A stretch of DNA of 64,000 nucleotides from an uncultured Gemmatimonadales bacterium (GCA_963825055.1 CAWGSK010000012.1:1-64000); one strand, 5' to 3'. Positions 22,195 through 31,866 are shown, numbered from the stretch's first letter. Notes: generated by a model not told the origin, from the letters alone. Translations and numbers: made by a program.

Positions 22195-23637
22195 TTATTC
22201 CCCCCGCGGTATCGCCTGCCCATGGCATGCGGTGCACATCTCCGGATTCTTGCGCAGGAGCCGCTCGGGGTCGAAGCCCGGGCCATGCGGGTTGAACCGA
22301 CGTCCGCCCTGCGCCGAATGGCAGGTCAGGCAGTCGCGCTCGGCGTGGCAGGAGGCGCATGTCTCGAGGCTCTGGCGCGCCGCCTGGCCATGTCCGACCA
22401 GGAAGGCCCGCTGGCCGTCATGGAAGCCCGGCCGGAGCGGCCCGCTGGCGACCAGGCCCGCCTGGGCGTGGCACGAGGCGCAGAAGGCGCTCGGGTTGTG
22501 GCAGGTGGAGCAGTCGGATTCGCGCGCCCAGGCCGCGGCGGGGTGGCGGGAGAGGAACGCGGGCGGGTGATACCCCTGCGATGCGGCGGCCTCCGGCTTG
22601 TGGCAGTCGAGGCATTCCGCGCGCGCATGACACGTGGCGCACGTGTTCGGGGACGCGGTGGCGACCGGTGCGTGGGTTTGGGTGAAGTCGGCGCCATGGG
22701 ACGGAGGACGCCGGCGCGTGATCTGCGCCCCGATCGCCCGGCCCGGTCCCGCCGGGTGCATCGCCAGGACGGGCTCCGGCCTCCCCGCATGACAGGCAAG
22801 GCAGCTCTCGCGGGTGTGGCAGGTGGCGCAGGTCTCCGGGGTGGTACGGGCGGTGCGGCCATGTGTCGTGAGGAACCCGGGAGCCTGGTGAGAGGCCGGT
22901 GACTTGAGCTCTGCCTTGATAGCGAGGCTCCTCGGGTCGGCGGCCAGCGCCTGGATCACCGGAACCTCCGGCGCATCCACGTGACAGCTCAGGCAGAAGT
23001 CACGGGCGTGGCATGTCGCGCATGACGGGGCCACCTCGAAAGTCCTCCGTCCCTTCACGACGGGCTGCGCCAGTCGGCCGTGCCCTTCCATCGCGAAGCC
23101 GGGCCGGTCGTGTGACGGCGGTGCCTCGATCAAGGTGACCGTCTCGCGCGTCAGTGTCGAACGGGCCAGGGACACGTGGCATGTGGCGCAGGCGGTGTCC
23201 GGTGCGGCCTGATGGGCGCTCTCCACGCCGTGACAGTCAAGACACTGGCCGGTCACCGACCGCCGCACGTTCATCCACCCTGCACCCGTGGCAATGTGGC
23301 AGGCGGTGCAGTCGAGGGTGGAATCCGCGTGCTCCTGGCCGAACTTTCGGGCGTGCTCGGGATGTGTGAAGCGCAGGTTGGTCGGATGCGGCGTGGAAGG
23401 CGGCGTCCAGTCCACCCGGTCCTCAGTGGTTCCGTCGTGGCAGTCCGCGCAGGTGGTGACGGCAGGCCAGATCGGTCCCCCTTCCTCCACGGCCCCGACG
23501 TGGCACGTCTGGCAGAGTGGAAAGACCTCGGCGTGTTTCCGGTGATCGAACGTGTCTTCCCGCGACCGGACCGCGAGCCCCGCAATGCCCGCCAGGACCA
23601 GGGCTGCCGCCATCAGGGACCCGGCGCGCGGCGTCAC
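22195..23637 (-). CDS. Exported 16-heme cytochrome c
   Basis: 16 CxxCH counted; N-terminal hydrophobic stretch MAAALVLAGIAGLAV. GTG start overlaps the porin stop (GTGA). The ORF-track extension to 24306 lies inside the porin gene and is rejected. Confidence 0.9.
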   Translation of the reverse strand: MTPRAGSLMAAALVLAGIAGLAVRSREDTFDHRKHAEVFPLCQTCHVGAVEEGGPIWPAVTTCADCHDGTTEDRVDWTPPSTPHPTNLRFTHPEHARKFGQEHADSTLDCTACHIATGAGWMNVRRSVTGQCLDCHGVESAHQAAPDTACATCHVSLARSTLTRETVTLIEAPPSHDRPGFAMEGHGRLAQPVVKGRRTFEVAPSCATCHARDFCLSCHVDAPEVPVIQALAADPRSLAIKAELKSPASHQAPGFLTTHGRTARTTPETCATCHTRESCLACHAGRPEPVLAMHPAGPGRAIGAQITRRRPPSHGADFTQTHAPVATASPNTCATCHARAECLDCHKPEAAASQGYHPPAFLSRHPAAAWARESDCSTCHNPSAFCASCHAQAGLVASGPLRPGFHDGQRAFLVGHGQAARQSLETCASCHAERDCLTCHSAQGGRRFNPHGPGFDPERLLRKNPEMCTACHGQAIPRGE

Positions 23638-25130
23638 GATCCCGCCCTGGGCCGGCGAACGGCCGGCGGCAGCCGGAAGCGGTCGGCTCCCGAGTCCAGG
23701 TACAGCGTCACCCGCGCGTTCAGCCGCCACTGATTCCAGTCCAGCGATCCCGCATCGGCGCGGTTGCGGTCCTCCTCGGCCCGCGCGACCCCGGCCGAGA
23801 GCCGGAGTCGCTCCAGCGGGCTGTAGGAAGCGTCCAGGCCGTAGTAGCGGACCTCGGCATCGCTGAATCGGAACTCCAGGGGCCGGTTCAGAGTGCTGCC
23901 GAATGCCGTCACCGAGATCCGCCGCTCGGGCGTGAAGGTCACCGAGCCGTCGTATCCGCGCGAGGAGGCCCCCGGTCCGAACTCGGCATGGTAGCCGGCG
24001 TCCACGCTCCATTGTGGCGACACGGTCCACGTCCCGCCGAACGAGACCCGCCAGCCGCGGTCCTCCGCGCTCACCAGCGGCGTGGACGTCTCGGTGTTCT
24101 GGAACCAGTAGCGCTCGCCACGGACCCGGACCTGCACCTGCGGCACCGGGCGGACCCAGGCGGCCCCCTCCATCGCATTGTAGGGGACCGGGCTGAACGC
24201 GCCCCAGATGGTCCACAGGTCGAAATGCGGCCGGTACCGGCGGTATCCGCCCAGCACGGTCACGAGTTGCGAGGTGTAACGCAGGCTTGCGTCCGCGCTC
24301 CCCCACCAGCCTTGCGCCATGTCATACTCCGCGCCACCCACCAGCGACCAGCGCGGGATCGGGTGGACATCGGCATTGAACGCTGCCCGCTCCGAGACGA
24401 AATAGTCGGACCGGGGGTCCACCTCACGCTCGTAATCGACACGGGTGTCGAACCAGGGCGTGGTCCAGCCGACGTGGCCCCCGGCCGTCACTTGGCGCCG
24501 ATCGGGACGGTAGTCGTCCAGCGGATTGAGCGCGGGGCTGGTGATCGGCAGGACCGAGGCCTGGCCAAGTCCCCAGCCGGCATACGCACCGGCCTCGAGT
24601 CCCCAGGCTGGTCGTCGCACGATGGCCGCGCCTCCGTCGAACACCGTCACGCCGAGTCTGCTGGCGGCGACCTGGCGTCCGGCGCGGACCGTAAAGCGCT
24701 CCGCGGCATACTCGGCGTAGGCCTCCACCAGTTGCACGGCGGGGTCGGTCCCCGGCCAGACGTCTGAATCACCAAGGTCCACGCCCAGGCGGGTGTTGAG
24801 ACGGAAGCTGAGTCCCGTGACGCCGAATCCCCACATGGTCAGGTCGGCGGAGGTGACGAGCGGCCCGCCACGACGTTCCGGGCCGGGCCGGAAGAAGTGG
24901 CAGTACGTTGAGCCCGTGAGGCAGTCCACCGCGTAGCCATCGGGAGTGACAAGCCCGCCGCCGACGCCCGGCGTAGTGGAGGACGTGAGCACGCTGTCCG
25001 CGGTGACCCCGCGGTACGACACCGCCTGGGCCCGTGCGTCGAGCCGAAGCCGGTATCCCTGGGCGACGGCCGGGAGGGCCCACAGGGCCAGCCCGGCCAC
25101 CATGGCCAGTGCGGTTCCGGCCCGTCTCAT
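23634..25130 (-). CDS. Putative outer-membrane beta-barrel (porin of a porin-cytochrome complex)
   Basis: Signal peptide ending AVA-Q; many amphipathic strands with aromatic residues (WSLVGGAEYD, WRVSFGGTWTV, WSVDAGYHAEF, YYGLDASYS, WRLNARVTLYL); no CxxCH; overlaps both cytochrome neighbours by 4 nt. Confidence 0.72.
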   Translation of the reverse strand: MRRAGTALAMVAGLALWALPAVAQGYRLRLDARAQAVSYRGVTADSVLTSSTTPGVGGGLVTPDGYAVDCLTGSTYCHFFRPGPERRGGPLVTSADLTMWGFGVTGLSFRLNTRLGVDLGDSDVWPGTDPAVQLVEAYAEYAAERFTVRAGRQVAASRLGVTVFDGGAAIVRRPAWGLEAGAYAGWGLGQASVLPITSPALNPLDDYRPDRRQVTAGGHVGWTTPWFDTRVDYEREVDPRSDYFVSERAAFNADVHPIPRWSLVGGAEYDMAQGWWGSADASLRYTSQLVTVLGGYRRYRPHFDLWTIWGAFSPVPYNAMEGAAWVRPVPQVQVRVRGERYWFQNTETSTPLVSAEDRGWRVSFGGTWTVSPQWSVDAGYHAEFGPGASSRGYDGSVTFTPERRISVTAFGSTLNRPLEFRFSDAEVRYYGLDASYSPLERLRLSAGVARAEEDRNRADAGSLDWNQWRLNARVTLYLDSGADRFRLPPAVRRPRAGS

Positions 25131-27070
25131 GGTGCCCGCTCCGTTTGCGTCTGCGCGAGCCTCGGCTTCCACTCAGCCGGTGTCGCCTGGAGATGGCAGA
25201 CCGTGCACTGCTTCGGCGCGTAGTGGTCCTGGTCCGCGTGGCATGTCAGGCAGAACGGCCGATCGGGCACCAGCGTCGCCACCGCGCTCGGGGTATGACA
25301 GCGGGCGCAGGCCACGTGCGCCTGTACCGGGCGCTCATGGGCGCTGACCAGGGTGTTGCCGATGGCGTGGCAGGTGGAGCAGGTGCGATCGGCCTGATGG
25401 TGGTCGGCGTGACAGTTCTCGCAGGTCAGGACGCCGGCTGCCGGCTTCAGGCTGACGGCGGTGGTATGGCAGTCCACGCAGGCCACGTCGGCGTGAGCCT
25501 CATGCTGGAAAGCAACCTCCCGGGGGCGTGCCTCGTGCTCGGGCACGTTCACGGATACCGTGACGGCGTGGGCCGGGGTCAGGTTGTCCGAGGTATGGCA
25601 GCGGGAGCAGTCGTTACGGGCGGGCGCCTGGTGGTGGCAGATCTGGCAGCCCCGTGGGGGCTCAAACGTCAGGCGGCCATGTCCCGCGCGGGTGACATGG
25701 CAGGTGAGGCAATCGAGGCTTTTGTGTCGCTGGTGGGAGAAGGTGTCGGCGGGGAAGGCGTCTCGGGGAACCGGCGCCGGCGCCCCGGGCGGCCCATCCT
25801 CCAGCAGGACATCTCCCTTGCCTCGCTCCCGGGGCAACAGCCCCACATGCGTGCCGGCGGGCGATGGCGCCGCTGACTCCTGCAGGGCCTTGGTGGTGTC
25901 GAACGGCATCGGCGGCACCTTGCGGACGCCCTTCTTGTTGCGGACCCGCTCATGGCACGTGGCGCAATCGCTGGGATCCACGCGGGCGGCGTGAGGCTGG
26001 TGGCACAGGATGCAGTTCTGGGCCACGTCCCGGTGCCTGACACCCAGGTGGAACGGTTCCTTGCGCCAGTCATCGTGGCAGCCCGCCGTGGTGCAGGTCT
26101 TCGCCGCCTCGCTGGGTGCCGACTGCGTGTGGGGGTTGTGGCACATGCCACAGGTCCCGTTGTGCGGGTCCAGCACCGGGTCGAACTCGGCGAGCACCTT
26201 CTGCATCTCGTGGCAGCCGAGGCATTGCTCGTTCGTCGGCACGAGGGTGCCGGCGGCCGAGTCCCGGGTGGCGAGCGCCGGGACTTCGGCGGTGAACTGG
26301 TGGCAGGTCGAGCAATGGAGGTCAGTCTGTTCGGACATCTTGCCGAGTTTGATCTCGGTGCTGACGTGGCAGCCCGACTGGCCGCAGGTGCTGTCCACCG
26401 GGACGAACCTGTGGACTTCCAGGCCGTGGCACGTCACGCATTCCACGTCCTTCAGTGCGCTCGAGTCCGACTCCAGGTGGACCCGGTGTCCTGCGGTGGA
26501 CGCGATACGCTGCCAGGTCTCCTCCTGGCCCGTAACGTGACACCCCTTGCAGACACTGCTCGGAACCTTTGCATGTGCCGGGATGTCCGACGGGCGCTCG
26601 GCGACCCAGAGGTACAACTGGCGCGCGCTGGCGAAGATCGATTGCTGGTGGCAGTTGTGGCACTGGAGCGTATCGTGGGCACCCGCGCCGGCGACGAACC
26701 GGTCAAAGGGGTGTTCCATGATGTGGCAGCCGCTGCAGAAACTGTTGTCGTGCTGCATGAAGCCCCAGCTCACGGCGCCGAAACCGGCCGCCGCGAGAAG
26801 GACGATGGCGAGCCCCGCGAGCATCGCGTACTGGACTCCCCGTTGCCGGGTGACGATCCAGTTCCCGATTGGCGCCCGCTTCCGCCAGATAAGGATGAGC
26901 AGCGCGATGGCCACCAGGACGCCGACGATGGCGCCCCCGGCCTGGAACCAGGCGGGGAGGTTGAAGAGAAAACGGACGACGGTCGCGGGGCCCCCCGGAA
27001 GGGGGGACTCCACGACCGTCGAATCCGTTGCGGCGTGCGCCGCCTGCGCTACGACCAGTAAGGCGGTCAC
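25127..27070 (-). CDS. Membrane-anchored multiheme cytochrome c (18 CxxCH + 2 CX4CH) with NapC/NrfH-like N-terminus
   Basis: Two TM-like segments followed by FCSGCHIM (CxxCHxM); hemes counted by eye; CGQSGCH and CTTAGCH non-canonical motifs. Confidence 0.88.
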   Translation of the reverse strand: MTALLVVAQAAHAATDSTVVESPLPGGPATVVRFLFNLPAWFQAGGAIVGVLVAIALLILIWRKRAPIGNWIVTRQRGVQYAMLAGLAIVLLAAAGFGAVSWGFMQHDNSFCSGCHIMEHPFDRFVAGAGAHDTLQCHNCHQQSIFASARQLYLWVAERPSDIPAHAKVPSSVCKGCHVTGQEETWQRIASTAGHRVHLESDSSALKDVECVTCHGLEVHRFVPVDSTCGQSGCHVSTEIKLGKMSEQTDLHCSTCHQFTAEVPALATRDSAAGTLVPTNEQCLGCHEMQKVLAEFDPVLDPHNGTCGMCHNPHTQSAPSEAAKTCTTAGCHDDWRKEPFHLGVRHRDVAQNCILCHQPHAARVDPSDCATCHERVRNKKGVRKVPPMPFDTTKALQESAAPSPAGTHVGLLPRERGKGDVLLEDGPPGAPAPVPRDAFPADTFSHQRHKSLDCLTCHVTRAGHGRLTFEPPRGCQICHHQAPARNDCSRCHTSDNLTPAHAVTVSVNVPEHEARPREVAFQHEAHADVACVDCHTTAVSLKPAAGVLTCENCHADHHQADRTCSTCHAIGNTLVSAHERPVQAHVACARCHTPSAVATLVPDRPFCLTCHADQDHYAPKQCTVCHLQATPAEWKPRLAQTQTERAP

Positions 27071-27083
27071 GCTTGACGGGCCG

Positions 27084-28662
27084 TCAGCGGAGGCTTGTCC
27101 TGAGCGGCGTCGCCGTTCGGCCGGGCTTCACCGCCGGCGGGTTGGCCGGCAGTCCTCCGACCGGGTTGTCGATAATGGCCTGCACCGCGGGGGCCGGGGG
27201 CGCCAGGAAGGGGTAGGTCACCTGGAGCTCCTGGATGTTGGCCCGCAGCAGTGCTTCGGCCAGGAACGGGTTGTGGACGCCGAAGGACTTGTCGCCATTG
27301 GCGTAGCGGCCTTCACCCACCATCCGGACGTTGAACTCCGCCCCCTCCGCCGCCGTGATGATGCTGTCCACCGCGAATTCGGCCGGTGCGGTCGCCATGA
27401 TGCTGGCGAGGAAGCCTGTGTCTGTCGGGAAGGCGTCGATCTTCTCGTCGGCGTTCAGGTCAGCCCAGACCTGGTCGGCGAGCAGGCGCAGCCGGTCCCG
27501 CTCATTGATGAAGGCTGAGTTGGCGACGGCCTGGGATGCGTGGCAGCCGGAAGCAGCGCAGGCCTGCCAGGTGCGCGCTGCGGTGGTGTAGGCGCAGCTG
27601 TTGTCTCCGGTGGGTACGCCCTGTGAATCGAGGCAGGGAATGGGCCGGAACAGGTGGCCGGTCGCCTGGAAGACAAACGCGCCCGTCGCGGAATCCGTTA
27701 CCGTGAAGCCCTGGACGTGGCAGCCGGCGCAGAGCTCGGGATTGGCGAGCGATGCGTGCGAGGTGAAGATGCGCGACGTGTCGTAGGCGAAACCGGCGGG
27801 GCGGTATCCGGCCGTCCCGAGCAGCACGGCACCCTGCGGTGCGTGGGGGCGGGCGCCATAGGCGCTGCCACCTGCGGGCTCGGTGCGACGGATGTGGCAC
27901 TTCATGCAGAGATTCTGCTCCGGATCCGGGCTGTCGATCGGGAAGCGGAGTTGCGCCGTGTTCGGCGAGCCGTGCGGATCGTGACAGACCGCGCAGGTGG
28001 TCGCGATCGGTGTCGTGGAGCCTTTCTCCACGAAATTGGCCCGCACGCCCCAGGCGTCCAGCACGCCGAGGCCGTTGTGGCAGCTCTGGCATGACGGATT
28101 GCTGGCCGCGCTGGTGACGATCTGTGCGTGGCCCGACTGGCTCCACTCTTCGACAAAGGGGTGGTGCGTGCCGGTGTGGCAGGCTGCGCAGCTCGACGTG
28201 CTGTCGTCCAGGGCCACGCGGGCGAGCGGCACGTTGCCGGGGAGATCCGGTTCCTGCACGTGGTCCAGGCCGGGACCGTGGCAGCTCTCGCACTGCACGT
28301 CGTGGTAGGCCTCGTCCGCGACGGCCGCGTACCCGACATCGCCCGTGGTGATATTGCCGTTCTCGCTGATGGTATGGCAGTTCTCGCACGAGGCGTTGCG
28401 CGTGGCCGGAAGCCTGCAGGGTGGCCCAGGCATCGGCGTGGGCCGAGGTCTTCCAGTCGCGCTGGTGGCCGACGTGGCAGTTACCGCAGGTGGTCTGCTT
28501 GGTCGCGGCGTCGAAATAGCCAAGGAAACCGCTGGCGGCGTCGGGCGGCGGATTGAAGGGATCACGATCCCGGAAAACGATCTTTTCGGTGGTACAGCCG
28601 GCGAGCGTTACGATAACGGTAGCCAACAGGAGCGGCAGGATTCGAACGGAAGTCCGAGACAT
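27084..28662 (-). CDS. Multiheme cytochrome c lipoprotein (8 CxxCH + 1 CX4CH), one frameshift at about 28395
   Basis: Lipobox TLAG-C. The N-terminal part (CGNCH) is in ORF 27502..28719 and the remainder in ORF 27084..28565. Deleting one base at 28395 gives continuous ...SGHAQASCENCH... C-terminal helical region with SFGVHNP. Confidence 0.82.
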
Positions 28663-28721
28663 ACGCTTCACCCCAGGAAGTCTGAAAGCAGAGACGAGCG
28701 TGCGAATGTATACTGGCACCG

Positions 28722-28894
28722 GTGCGTAGAACTTCGCAATGTCAGTCCGGGAGATTACGGAGTTCTGTTACAATCTTGCGGGATTCTTCACAAACTTCTT
28801 AGGGTTTTCTCAGTCGGTCTTCATAAACCTGCCGCGACGCCCGTGCTTCATCCGGGCTTCAGCCAATCTTCACGACGTGATTCTCATATATGAG
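28722..28894. promoter_or_regulatory. AT-richer divergent promoter region with Rex-like operator matches
   Basis: TTGCGGG-ATTC-TTCACAA (28776-28793) and GTGCGTA-GAAC-TTCGCAA (28722-28739) versus the Rex consensus TTGTGAA-N4-TTCACAA; perfect palindrome CTCATATATGAG (28883-28894). Confidence 0.4.
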
Positions 28895-28990
28895 CGTTGG
28901 GGGAATCCCGGCGCCCCGCCGGCACGCCCCAACCCCGACGGCGGGATCCCCGTCGCCGGTCCAGTCCACCAGGACCGGAGGAACCCATCG

Positions 28991-30151
28991 ATGTACTTCC
29001 CCACTGCAGAGCCATGGGCCCCTGACGAGACCCTTGGTGCCCATCTCGAGCGCCGCGGCGTGTCCCGCCGCGATTTCCTCGCCTGGTGCGGCCAGATCGC
29101 CGCGATCCTTGGCCTGGGCACGGCCGCCGGCCCCCGGGTCGCGCAGGCACTTCAGGCGGTCCGGAGGCCCAGTGTGGTCTGGCTCTCCCTCCAGGAGTGC
29201 ACCGGGTGCACCGAGTCGGTCCTCCGCTCGGCCGAGCCGACGATCGGCGACCTCGTCCTGGACCTGATCTCGCTGGATTTCCAGGAAAACCTGATGGCGG
29301 CGGCCGGTCACGCGGCGGAGGAAGCGCTGCACACCGCCATGCGCGAGAATGACGGGAAGTATCTCCTCGTGGTCACGGGTTCGGTGCCGCTGAACGAGGG
29401 CGGGATCTACACGATGATCGGGGGCCGGACGGCCAAGGAGGTACTGGAGGAAGGAGCGCGCGGGGCGGCGGCGATCGTCGCCGTTGGCGCCTGTGCCCAC
29501 TGGGGAAACATCCAGGCGGCCCGTCCCAACCCCACCGGCGCCGTGGGCGTGAGCGGCGTCATCCGGGACAAGCCCGTCGTGAACATCGCCGGCTGCCCGC
29601 CCATCGCGGACACGGTGACGGCCACCATCGTCCATTATCTCACATTCGGCCGCATGCCGGCCCTGGATGGCGAGGGCCGCCCGCTGTTTGCCTACGGCGC
29701 CAGGATTCACGACCAGTGCCCCCGCCGGGCCAACTACGACGCCGGTCAGTTCGTCGAGGAGTTTGACGACGAGGCCGCCCGGCGCGGCTGGTGCCTCTAC
29801 AAGGTCGGGTGCAAGGGGCCCGCCACCTTCTCGCCGTGCCCGATCTTCCAGTGGAACACCCGGACCAGCTGGCCGATCGGGGCCGGTCACCCGTGCATTG
29901 GGTGCACCGAAGTGGGATTCTGGGACACCATGACCCCCTTCTACGGCCGGCTGCCTGACGTCGGCGGCTTCGGGGTCGAGAGCAAGGTGGACCTGCTGGG
30001 GGCGGCACTGGCGCTCGGCGCGGCGGGTGGTGTGGCAGGCCACGCCATCGCCACGGGAATCTACCGCGCCCGCCACCGGCGGGACCTGCCGGTCGTAGAG
30101 GGGCCCCCGCCGCCACCGGCGGGTGGCGTTGACACCGAGAAGGGGGCCTGA
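28991..30151 (+). CDS. hyaA: Group 1 [NiFe]-hydrogenase small subunit (Tat signal, C-terminal anchor)
   Basis: GGAGG RBS; SRRDFL; ECTGCTES, GACAHWG, GCPP, HDQCPRR, WCLYKVGCKGP, GHPCIGC; C-terminal hydrophobic helix with His. Confidence 0.93.
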   Translation: MYFPTAEPWAPDETLGAHLERRGVSRRDFLAWCGQIAAILGLGTAAGPRVAQALQAVRRPSVVWLSLQECTGCTESVLRSAEPTIGDLVLDLISLDFQENLMAAAGHAAEEALHTAMRENDGKYLLVVTGSVPLNEGGIYTMIGGRTAKEVLEEGARGAAAIVAVGACAHWGNIQAARPNPTGAVGVSGVIRDKPVVNIAGCPPIADTVTATIVHYLTFGRMPALDGEGRPLFAYGARIHDQCPRRANYDAGQFVEEFDDEAARRGWCLYKVGCKGPATFSPCPIFQWNTRTSWPIGAGHPCIGCTEVGFWDTMTPFYGRLPDVGGFGVESKVDLLGAALALGAAGGVAGHAIATGIYRARHRRDLPVVEGPPPPPAGGVDTEKGA

Positions 30152-30153
30152 CC

Positions 30154-31866
30154 ATGGCGACCACACGTATCGTCGTTGACCCGATCACCCGGATCGAGGG
30201 CCACCTGCGCATCGAGGCCCAGGCGGACAACGGGAAGATCAGCAGTGCCTGGGCTTCCGCCACTCAGTTCCGGGGTCTCGAACTGGTCATGCAGAACCGC
30301 GATCCCCGGGACGCGTGGGCGTTCGCCCAGCGGATCTGCGGGGTCTGCACCGTCGTTCATGCGGTGGCGTCCTGCCGCGCGGTCGAGGACGCGCTCGACA
30401 TCCGGATCCCGGCCAACGCGAACATCATCCGGAACCTGATCCACGGCATGCAGTTCATCCAGGACCACGTCATCCACTTCTACCACCTGCACGCCCTGGA
30501 CTGGGTGGACGTGGTGAGCGCCCTCAAGGCCGACCCGGCCGCGACATCCCGCCTCGCGCGGACGGTGTCGCCCTGGCCGAACAACTCGGAAACCTGGTAC
30601 CGTGACCTTCAGGCCCGGCTGACCAAGTTCATCTCCGCCGGCCAGCTGGGCATCTTCGCCAACGGATACTGGGGCCACCCGGCCTACAAGCTGCCCCCCG
30701 AGGCGAACCTGATGGCCGTCGGCCATTACCTCGAGGCACTCGACTGGCAGCGGGACGTGATCCGCCTGCACACCGTGTTCGGCGGCAAGAACCCGCACCC
30801 GAACTTTCTCGTCGGCGGCATGGCCTCCGCCATCAACCTCGACGATACCGCAACCATCAACGCCGAACGCCTGACCGATATCCGGGACATGATCACCCGG
30901 GCCCGGACGTTCGTGGAGCAGGTCTACTGGCCTGACCTCATGGCGATTGCCGGCTTCTACAAGGAGTGGGGCGCGATTGGCGGCGGGGTCCCGAACTACA
31001 TGGCGGTGGGCGAGTTCCCCGACAACGATGTCCGGGACATCGACAGTCTCTACTTCCCCCGCGGCATCATCCTCGGCAACGACCTGACCCGCGTCTATCC
31101 CTACGACCAGCAGCAGGTCCGCGAGTTCATCCACAGCTCATGGTACGAATACTCGGGGGGCAGGACCGGACTACACCCGTGGGAAGGCGAGACGAAGCCG
31201 GACTACACCGGGCCGCCGCCACCCTGGAAGTATCTCCAGGATGAACAGAAGTACACCTGGATGAAGGCGCCGAGGTACGAAGGTCGCCCCATGCAGGTCG
31301 GGCCGCTGGCGCGGATGCTCGTGGCCTACGGGTCGGGCCACAAGGATGTCCAGGCCATGGTCAAGGAAGTGCTCGACCGGCTGAAGGTCGGCCCGGCCGC
31401 GCTCTTCTCCACGCTTGGGCGCACCGCCGCCAGGGGCATCGAGACGGTGCTCCTCGCCCGACGCATGGAGTACTGGTACGGCCAGCTGGTCGACCGGATC
31501 CGGAGTGGCGACACGCAGACCTTCACACGCGACCACTGGGACCCATCCTCCTGGCCGAAGAAGGCGCAGGGTTACGGATACCTCGATGCGCCGCGGGGGG
31601 CGCTGGGCCACTGGGTGCAGATCGAGGACGGCAAGATCAGCCGGTACCAGGCGGTCGTGCCCAGCACCTGGAACGCCTCGCCCCGGGACGCGGAAGGCCA
31701 GCCCGGGCCCTACGAAGCTTCGCTGATGGACAATCACCCGCTGGCCATCCCTGACCAGCCGCTCGAGATCCTGCGGACCATTCACTCGTTCGACCCCTGC
31801 ATCGCCTGCGGGGTGCATGTCATCGACGCGGCCGGCAACCGCCTCCCGGAGGTCCGTATCCAATGA
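30154..31866 (+). CDS. hyaB: Group 1 [NiFe]-hydrogenase large subunit
   Basis: DPITRIEGH, L1 QRICGVC, GGKNPHP, L2 SFDPCIACGVH followed by a cleavable C-terminal extension. Confidence 0.96.
   Translation: MATTRIVVDPITRIEGHLRIEAQADNGKISSAWASATQFRGLELVMQNRDPRDAWAFAQRICGVCTVVHAVASCRAVEDALDIRIPANANIIRNLIHGMQFIQDHVIHFYHLHALDWVDVVSALKADPAATSRLARTVSPWPNNSETWYRDLQARLTKFISAGQLGIFANGYWGHPAYKLPPEANLMAVGHYLEALDWQRDVIRLHTVFGGKNPHPNFLVGGMASAINLDDTATINAERLTDIRDMITRARTFVEQVYWPDLMAIAGFYKEWGAIGGGVPNYMAVGEFPDNDVRDIDSLYFPRGIILGNDLTRVYPYDQQQVREFIHSSWYEYSGGRTGLHPWEGETKPDYTGPPPPWKYLQDEQKYTWMKAPRYEGRPMQVGPLARMLVAYGSGHKDVQAMVKEVLDRLKVGPAALFSTLGRTAARGIETVLLARRMEYWYGQLVDRIRSGDTQTFTRDHWDPSSWPKKAQGYGYLDAPRGALGHWVQIEDGKISRYQAVVPSTWNASPRDAEGQPGPYEASLMDNHPLAIPDQPLEILRTIHSFDPCIACGVHVIDAAGNRLPEVRIQ

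Noticed and set aside
23638..24306. N-terminal 223 aa of ORF 22195..24306
   Set aside because: It overlaps the porin gene in another frame; the coupled GTG at 23637 gives a proper export signal.
28385..28405. Programmed frameshift in the lipoprotein cytochrome
   Set aside because: No slippery heptamer or homopolymer at the junction.
27084..28662. NrfA or octaheme nitrite reductase call for the lipoprotein cytochrome
   Set aside because: The GVHNP tail is reminiscent, but there is no CxxCK catalytic heme motif.
31789..31818. [NiFeSe] hydrogenase
   Set aside because: The L2 motif is DPCIAC with ordinary TGC codons and no in-frame TGA.
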